Shown here: in pieces, positions 58,282-64,000 of the stretch
How positions within the stretch are numbered: the stretch's first letter is position 1
How the letters are laid out: each line of letters starts with the position of its first letter
Source of the DNA: an uncultured bacterium
GTDB lineage: Bacteria > Babelota > Babeliae > Babelales > Babelaceae
Reading direction: 5' to 3'
NCBI GenBank assembly: GCA_963824495.1
Contig: CAWGPQ010000008.1
Span: 192,001 to 256,000, forward strand
Length of the DNA: 64,000 bases
Notes under the pieces: model-generated
Database searches by the model: none
What the model saw: only the letters and a program-made list of their open reading frames with translations
Told to the model about the DNA's origin: nothing
Made by a program: the position numbers and the translations under genes

Positions 58282-59478
58282 TCACTCTATGCTACCTGCC
58301 AAGTGCAGCAAAGGCATGTAGAGAGCACCCATAAGAAGTGCTATGAGCAAGCCCAAAATAATAAGCATAAGCGGTTGGATAAGCTCAGTGACTTTACTTA
58401 AAAATTTATTCACACGCTCTCGATAGAATTCAGCTGCTTGGCCGAGCATGTGCGCAAGGGAGCCGGAAGCTTCGCCTACCTTGACAAGTGCTTCAAGCTC
58501 TGGCGAAGAATGCATGAGATTATTACGTAGAGCCAATTCAAGAGAAAGACCTGCTTCTACATCAGTTTTTACGGCATGAAGCATGTTGCGTATAGGTTCA
58601 TTTGCTACAATAGTTCTTGCGCTTTCAAGAGCCTTAAGCAGATGAATATCGGCCCTGAGAAGAAGCGAAAGTGCATCAAGAAAAAACATTAAGGAGCTAT
58701 CGTAGACAAAAAACCGGAATAGAGGTGTCTTGATGGCAAGTATCTGCCCATAGTATATTACTTTGGGTGATTTAACGATGCACGTAAGACTGTAGGCCGT
58801 ACCAATCAAAATTCCAAACGCACCTAACGCAGCATAACTCCTTAACCATCTACTAAAAGCAAAAATAGCCTGCGTTAGTGCTGGCAAAGAGTTACCTGAA
58901 GAAGATGAACATAGAGCTTCAAATCGAGGTACAACTGCATAAAACAACATGCCACTGATCAAAAGAAAAAAGCAGAGCGTAAGGCAGGGCACCAGTGATG
59001 CACTACGCATCTTTTTAGCGAATAGCTCTTTGTGCTCGCAATACCTAGCTAAACGCTCAAGTGTAGCAGGAAGACATCCAGCATCTTCACCAGCTTGAAT
59101 AATAGTACTCGTAAAAGAGCTAAAAAACTGGTCATGATATGCGCAGGCCTTACTCAGGGGAATACCCTCTTGAACAGCCTGGGCACTGTCTTCAATGACT
59201 GCTTTTACATATCGATGCGTAATGGTAGGCTGCACAATAAGCAATGCATCATACAAGCGAATGCCAGCATGTAATAATGTCGCCATATATCTAAAAAAAG
59301 AAGTTTGCGCACGATTAATGCCAGAACGACTGAGTCCAGCCCGTAACGGTCGAGCTTGTAAAACCGCTATCTCTTGCTTAAGCAAAGTCGCTACGAGTAC
59401 ATCATAGGAGCGGGCAAACTGTTTGCCTTTGAAAATTTTTCCCGCAAGATCAATACCTGACCATGCAAAATAGGGCAT
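58282..59478 (-). CDS. Type II secretion F / PilC family inner-membrane platform protein
   Basis: MPYFAWSGID..G, AGEDAG.L, VGEASG.L, ALYMPL. Confidence 0.9.
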   Translation of the reverse strand: MPYFAWSGIDLAGKIFKGKQFARSYDVLVATLLKQEIAVLQARPLRAGLSRSGINRAQTSFFRYMATLLHAGIRLYDALLIVQPTITHRYVKAVIEDSAQAVQEGIPLSKACAYHDQFFSSFTSTIIQAGEDAGCLPATLERLARYCEHKELFAKKMRSASLVPCLTLCFFLLISGMLFYAVVPRFEALCSSSSGNSLPALTQAIFAFSRWLRSYAALGAFGILIGTAYSLTCIVKSPKVIYYGQILAIKTPLFRFFVYDSSLMFFLDALSLLLRADIHLLKALESARTIVANEPIRNMLHAVKTDVEAGLSLELALRNNLMHSSPELEALVKVGEASGSLAHMLGQAAEFYRERVNKFLSKVTELIQPLMLIILGLLIALLMGALYMPLLHLAGSIE

Positions 59479-59515
59479 GACACACCTCTATTTTTTTCTT
59501 GCACTTTTTCTTGCA

Positions 59516-59803
59516 CTATAGATAACTTTTTTGGCTTTCAAGACCTAACAAATTCAAAAAATCTTGCTTAGTCATATCAGTTGCTATCTTGATTTTTTTT
59601 GCCCGTGATGTTGTACCCGTAAGTATAATTACGTCAGCTTGCCGGATGCGTAGCGTTTGGGCAAGCAATTTAATAAGCTCGCGATTAGCTTTTCCTTGCT
59701 CAGGAGGACTTTTTAGGTAACATTTTAGGGCTCCTGATGCATCAAGAAACCATTTCCCGTGCTGTGATCCAGGGATAACCTTAATATCAATAATTAATGG
59801 CAT
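59516..59803 (-). CDS. DUF167 (YggU-like) protein
   Basis: IKVIPGS, SPPEQGKAN, GTTSRAK. Confidence 0.85.
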   Translation of the reverse strand: MPLIIDIKVIPGSQHGKWFLDASGALKCYLKSPPEQGKANRELIKLLAQTLRIRQADVIILTGTTSRAKKIKIATDMTKQDFLNLLGLESQKSYL

Positions 59804-59907
59804 AACGACCTCAGACACAAGCTTATTTTTGCTTGCTTTTTCATGTTGCCTACTCAGCAAGAATAAGATATACTAATGAGTATTGAAAGCCAATAAAAGA
59901 CCTATTT

Positions 59908-59998
59908 GGAGAGATGGCTGAGTGGTCTAAAGCGCTTGCCTGCTAAGCAAGAGTTCCGGTAACGGGGCGCGGGGGTTCGAATCCCCCTCTCTCCACCA
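59908..59998 (+). tRNA. tRNA-Ser(GCT)
   Basis: Class II cloverleaf with CCA end. Confidence 0.95.
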
Positions 59999-60001
59999 TA
60001 C

Positions 60002-60070
60002 AAAGCTGTCTGCCGAAGCCCCTTATTTCGTAGCTACAAAGTAGCGAAGGAGGATGGCGTAGGCTGGACT
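60002..60070. repeat. Nested GWA/GWA hairpin repeat; degenerate copy at 61120-61185
   Basis: AAAGCTGTCTGCCGAAGCC..CGTAGCTACAAAGTAGCGAAGG..GGCGTAGGCTGGACT. Confidence 0.7.
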
Positions 60071-60118
60071 TAACTATACAGCTTATTCACTAAAGCTTTG
60101 TGAAGAGCTTATTTATCC

Positions 60119-60195
60119 GCGCCCATAGCTCAATTGGATAGAGCGTCAGACTACGGATCTGAAGGTTGGGGGTTCGACTCCTCCTGGGCGCACCA
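60119..60195 (+). tRNA. tRNA-Arg(ACG)
   Basis: Cloverleaf with CCA end. Confidence 0.95.
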
Positions 60196-60291
60196 TACGA
60201 AGCCTTGGCCAAGTATGGCCATACTTGGCAATCTTTTTCGTCAAAACCACGAAGATCGTAAAGGCTTCATCAAAATAGAGTGAAAGTTTCT

Positions 60292-60798
60292 ATGACTGAA
60301 CGTGCTTCTTATAATCATCAATCTTTTATCAAAAAAATAAGTACAACAAAAATGCTCCTCCGCTATAGCCTCATTTTTATCTTGTTTTTTGTAATGACCT
60401 ATTGTGCATCTGGTAATTTCTTATGGGCTGGACTTTGGGGTGCTCTTGTATGCATAATCCCTTTCTTAATTATACGGATCAGGTTTGATTTTGATAAACC
60501 TTGGATAACAATAAATCATAACGGCTTGTTTCTACAAAGCTTTGGATTTATTCCCTGGGACCAGGTTGTTGAAATTCGCATCAAAAGATATCTGCTCAAT
60601 CCCTGGGCATATAATCTTGAAGCCCTTACCCAATGGCCAGAAAGCACAGTACCCGGTGCAAAAGCTCTGCTACCATTATTACCTTATAGAGTAGTACCTA
60701 TTGCACAATCTGGCTTTCACGGACTTAACTGCTCATTAGAAGATATTACGCATGCACTAAAAAAACATGCTCCTCCACACGTCAAACTTTCTCTATAA
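60292..60798 (+). CDS. Hypothetical membrane protein
   Basis: Two TM helices then ITINHNGL..IPWDQV (bacterial PH-like pattern). Confidence 0.6.
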   Translation: MTERASYNHQSFIKKISTTKMLLRYSLIFILFFVMTYCASGNFLWAGLWGALVCIIPFLIIRIRFDFDKPWITINHNGLFLQSFGFIPWDQVVEIRIKRYLLNPWAYNLEALTQWPESTVPGAKALLPLLPYRVVPIAQSGFHGLNCSLEDITHALKKHAPPHVKLSL

Positions 60799-60923
60799 TC
60801 CGAGCCGCTGAAAAGCCATCCCAGGGTATGGGTTACTCTGCAATCTAAAAGCCCAATTTTGCTTGAAGTACCTACAAAAAGCCTGTAAACTATAGATATA
60901 TTCTTTTATATCTTGTCTTTAAT

Positions 60924-61015
60924 GGAGAGATGGCTGAGCGGCCGAAGGCGGCGGTCTTGAAAACCGTTATCTCGAGCGATCGGGATCGTGGGTTCGAATC
61001 CCACTCTCTCCTCCA
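60924..61015 (+). tRNA. tRNA-Ser(TGA)
   Basis: Class II cloverleaf with CCA end. Confidence 0.94.
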
Positions 61016-61362
61016 GCTTTCGCTTCATCCTTCGCTAAAGCTACGGAGGACAAGAAAGCCAGCGGGAACAAGAAGAGGCTACAGCCGGCATACCAGCTTA
61101 TATATTGATAGAATAGACGAAAGCTGTCCGCCGCTAAGTCCGACGTAACCACAAAGTAGCAGAGGAGTATGGCGTAGGCCGGACTGACACACCGATACCT
61201 GCTCAATCTCAGTTACCTCCACCTCAACAAACATCAAGCACGATTTCTATATATTTCTATTTTTTTTATTGCAAATCGAATAAATTATTTATTAAACTAA
61301 GATTAGATACTATAAAACTTTTTGTTACTTTCAACTATTTTTAAGGGAATTTAGGGAATTTT

Positions 61363-62403
61363 ATGAATAAGATACCACAAACAATATCAATTATAGTAAT
61401 GCTAGTTTTAATAAGCATTTCCTCATCTATTATAGGAAATAAGACCACTAAACTTATTACTTTGCCCAATATTGTCGGTGTCACAACTCGAACATTTGAA
61501 GATAAGCAGCGCAATAACCGCCCTCTTATAACTGAAATTTGGTATCCCGCAGGTAATAGTGCTAAAGGAAAAGATGTTAGTAATTGGTGGATTCAAACAC
61601 CTCAGGCTCGTGATGCTGATGTACCTAAATCTCCCAAAAATTTTCCCTTGATCCTATTTTCTCACGGTTATGCCGATGATCGCTTTACTAGCTCTTGGTT
61701 TGCTGAAACCCTAGCAGCACATGGCTACATTGTCGCTACAATTGACCATTATGGCAATACCGGTCATCAAATTGATGAGCTAGCAGCACAATCTTGGCTT
61801 CGTCCTCAAGATCTGAGTTTTGTTCTTACTCAATTACTTAACGATCCTACATTTGGTCCAAGAATCGATAAAAAACGTATTGGTGCTGCTGGCTTTTCTC
61901 TTGGTGGCATTACTGCCCTCTGGTTAGCAGGCGCTCAGGCAAATTTTAAGAATGTCGAATCAGATTTATCAACAGCTCTGCCTTCCGGCCTCTCTCCGGC
62001 TTTTTATAAGTCTGTAGATTACAAATTAGCTAATAGCTCATTTAAAGACAACCGAATACGGGCTATTTTTATAATGAACCCAGGATTTGGGGGAATCAAT
62101 TCAATCTTTGACAAAAAGGGCCTTGCAAAAATCTCGATTCCAGTTTACATCATAGCTGGAGCGGGAGACAAAATTACCCCGGTAACATATAATGCAAAGC
62201 GTTTTGCCCTCAGTATTCCTCATGCTACATTGCGCATTTTACCAGGCTATGCTGATCATTACGTCTTTGAAAATAGATGTACCTTACTGGGTACTAGAAT
62301 GAGGCCTCATATGTGTTATGATCACCCAACCATCAATCGTAAGAAAATCCATCGTGAAACAGCAGGTATAGCAATTAAATTTTTTAATAACAACTTAAAA
62401 TAG
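61363..62403 (+). CDS. Secreted alpha/beta hydrolase (dienelactone/PAF-AH-like)
   Basis: PLILFSHG, GFSLGG nucleophile elbow, GAGD, ADHYVF. Confidence 0.88.
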   Translation: MNKIPQTISIIVMLVLISISSSIIGNKTTKLITLPNIVGVTTRTFEDKQRNNRPLITEIWYPAGNSAKGKDVSNWWIQTPQARDADVPKSPKNFPLILFSHGYADDRFTSSWFAETLAAHGYIVATIDHYGNTGHQIDELAAQSWLRPQDLSFVLTQLLNDPTFGPRIDKKRIGAAGFSLGGITALWLAGAQANFKNVESDLSTALPSGLSPAFYKSVDYKLANSSFKDNRIRAIFIMNPGFGGINSIFDKKGLAKISIPVYIIAGAGDKITPVTYNAKRFALSIPHATLRILPGYADHYVFENRCTLLGTRMRPHMCYDHPTINRKKIHRETAGIAIKFFNNNLK

Positions 62404-62414
62404 GCAATAACACT

Positions 62415-62447
62415 AAAACCCTCATCTCAAGCGATCGGGATCTTGGG
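62415..62447 (+). repeat. Degenerate partial copy of tRNA-Ser(TGA), att-like
   Basis: AAAACCCTCATCTCAAGCGATCGGGATCTTGGG versus tRNA AAAACCGTTATCTCGAGCGATCGGGATCGTGGG. Confidence 0.75.
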
Positions 62448-62612
62448 GAAGATAGCACAGGCTGCTCCGCTGTCTGTACATCAATAGATATTAAAGATCG
62501 GATTTTTTATAAATTTATATAGTTTTTTATTGCAATCTGAATAAATTATATGGTACATTAAGACTGGGGTTGTACTATCTTTTTATTACTTTTTAACTAT
62601 AAAGGAGAGTGT

Positions 62613-63050
62613 ATGAATAACATACTAAAAATATTATCAATTGTAGCCCTAGGTAGCCTTTTGGGCTTTGTCCCCAGCACTCAAGCCGAGGATTATATAG
62701 TATCAAACAATATGGGTGAAGATAGAAATGTTAGCCTTATCCGTAATTGTGGAGGTAAAAATATCTTATCATCGTTACTAGTTAAAGGTGGCGAACAAAA
62801 TCACAAATTTTCAACCACTGAGGGAGGGGCAAATTGTTGTCTAGGTGGCATTGCGCTCAATGATCCTGGTTGGACACCGCCAACAATTACATCAGCTATA
62901 AAGGTAGAAATGCTTGCCTTAGCACCAAGCGAAGCGTGGGAATGTGATGGCGGATGCGGCAATACCAATATAACTATACGTGAAGATGGTACTATTACAG
63001 CAGAAGTAACCTGTTTTAGCCAAGGGTATATTGGAGATAGGATTGAGTAG
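62613..63050 (+). CDS. Small secreted Cys-rich protein
   Basis: AAGGAG RBS, signal peptide, YIVSNNMGED..C..CC..CGN. Confidence 0.75.
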   Translation: MNNILKILSIVALGSLLGFVPSTQAEDYIVSNNMGEDRNVSLIRNCGGKNILSSLLVKGGEQNHKFSTTEGGANCCLGGIALNDPGWTPPTITSAIKVEMLALAPSEAWECDGGCGNTNITIREDGTITAEVTCFSQGYIGDRIE

Positions 63051-63099
63051 TCCTAAGAAAAGCCACAGCTTTAAAATAAAATTTAAACAAGGAAATCTT

Positions 63100-63498
63100 A
63101 TGAATAAGTTAATTAAAATATTACCAATTATAGCAACAAGTAGTCTTTTGGGCTTTATCCTTAACACTCAGGCCGAGAATTATATACTATCAAATAATAT
63201 GGGCGAAGATCTATCCATTCAATTATTTCGAACTTGTAACGGTCAAACCAAAGGATCATCGGTACTGGTTAAAGCTGGTGAACAAAATCATAAATTTTCG
63301 GCTCCCCAAGAAAGAGCACGTTGTTGTCTGTCCAATATTGTTGCAAATTCCCTTCCTATAGCCCCAAATTGGACATGCGGAGGTAGCTGTGGAAGCACAA
63401 CCAACATTACTGCAAGTAGCAATGGTACCATTACACTAGAACCAACTTGTATACTAAGCTTCTCAAAGCCAACCACGATACAGCTATCACCTCCATAA
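63100..63498 (+). CDS. Small secreted Cys-rich protein, tandem paralog
   Basis: MNKLIKIL start; YILSNNMGED, GEQNHKFS, CCL. Confidence 0.75.
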   Translation: MNKLIKILPIIATSSLLGFILNTQAENYILSNNMGEDLSIQLFRTCNGQTKGSSVLVKAGEQNHKFSAPQERARCCLSNIVANSLPIAPNWTCGGSCGSTTNITASSNGTITLEPTCILSFSKPTTIQLSPP

Positions 63499-63552
63499 CT
63501 TATAATGCTAAAACGGTACGATTAGAGCATAACCTACGGGTTAGCAGTTTCT

Positions 63553-63587
63553 AACTATACCAGGCTTAAAGCCTGGTATAGTTTTTT
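63553..63587 (+). terminator. Intrinsic terminator
   Basis: AACTATACCAGGCT-TAA-AGCCTGGTATAGTT followed by a T run. Confidence 0.75.
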
Positions 63588-63613
63588 AACATGTTCTTAA
63601 GATATTAGGCAGC

Positions 63614-64000
63614 TTAATATGAGAACAAGCGTCCGTGTGACAACAGGCTAAATCGGGTTTCTTCAGCATAGAGAGCACTTTGTTCGATAATGGCTTGCAT
63701 TTTTTCAAGTTTATCACAAAGGCTTTTTATATCATGATATATAGGTTGGCCAGTAAATACATGGCGCTCAAGCTGATAAGCCGAGAGAGCCAGTTTTTTA
63801 CTATCAGAGACAATCCAAGCATGAGCTCTGAGCAAAGGGGTCGCATGTACAACTTTACTTCCCTTAAATATGGTCTCTGTCCATGTCATATCAATCTTAC
63901 TTCCAACTACACGTGCTTTTTCTATAAGCATGTTTTCATCTGCAGCTAATAAATCTGCATAGCGATTCAGCGTAAGCTGATAATTATCATAAGCACTGCT
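63614..64000 (-). CDS. Hypothetical protein, C-terminal part (frame open past window end)
   Basis: No stop codon upstream of 63931 within the window. Confidence 0.5.
   Translation of the reverse strand, partial: SSAYDNYQLTLNRYADLLAADENMLIEKARVVGSKIDMTWTETIFKGSKVVHATPLLRAHAWIVSDSKKLALSAYQLERHVFTGQPIYHDIKSLCDKLEKMQAIIEQSALYAEETRFSLLSHGRLFSY

Overview
Low-GC bacterial chromosome window. The secreted ankyrin expansion and gene content suggest Candidatus Dependentiae (TM6/Babelota); this assignment is inference. Core genes: uvrD/pcrA, trpS, cdaA-like/cdaR-like/glmM, rph-pnp-rpsO, rpoC-rpoB-rplL-rplJ-rplA-rplK-nusG-secE-rpmG, tsaE, atpG, murA, gmk, prfB, a full minus-strand 16S-Ile-Ala-23S-5S operon and 13 tRNAs in total. 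Accessory regions hold many signal-peptide-bearing putative host effectors. Main observations: (1) two related ORF-less group I introns in 23S rRNA (L1917, L1923) separated by a 6-nt exon, with possible cross-intron pairing; (2) a ~30-bp palindromic element that targets CACCA/TGGTG at tRNA 3' ends and has also inserted in-frame into an ankyrin gene; (3) secreted ankyrin proteins with a shared F-box-like tail, and secreted J-domain-ankyrin proteins; (4) a signal peptide-Hint-toxin gene with a nonsense mutation, whose immunity gene is split by an IS3 element; (5) a cdaA homolog lacking its catalytic motifs, a Cys-rich insert in RpoB, a eukaryote/giant-virus-type rhamnose enzyme and an att-like tRNA-Ser fragment.
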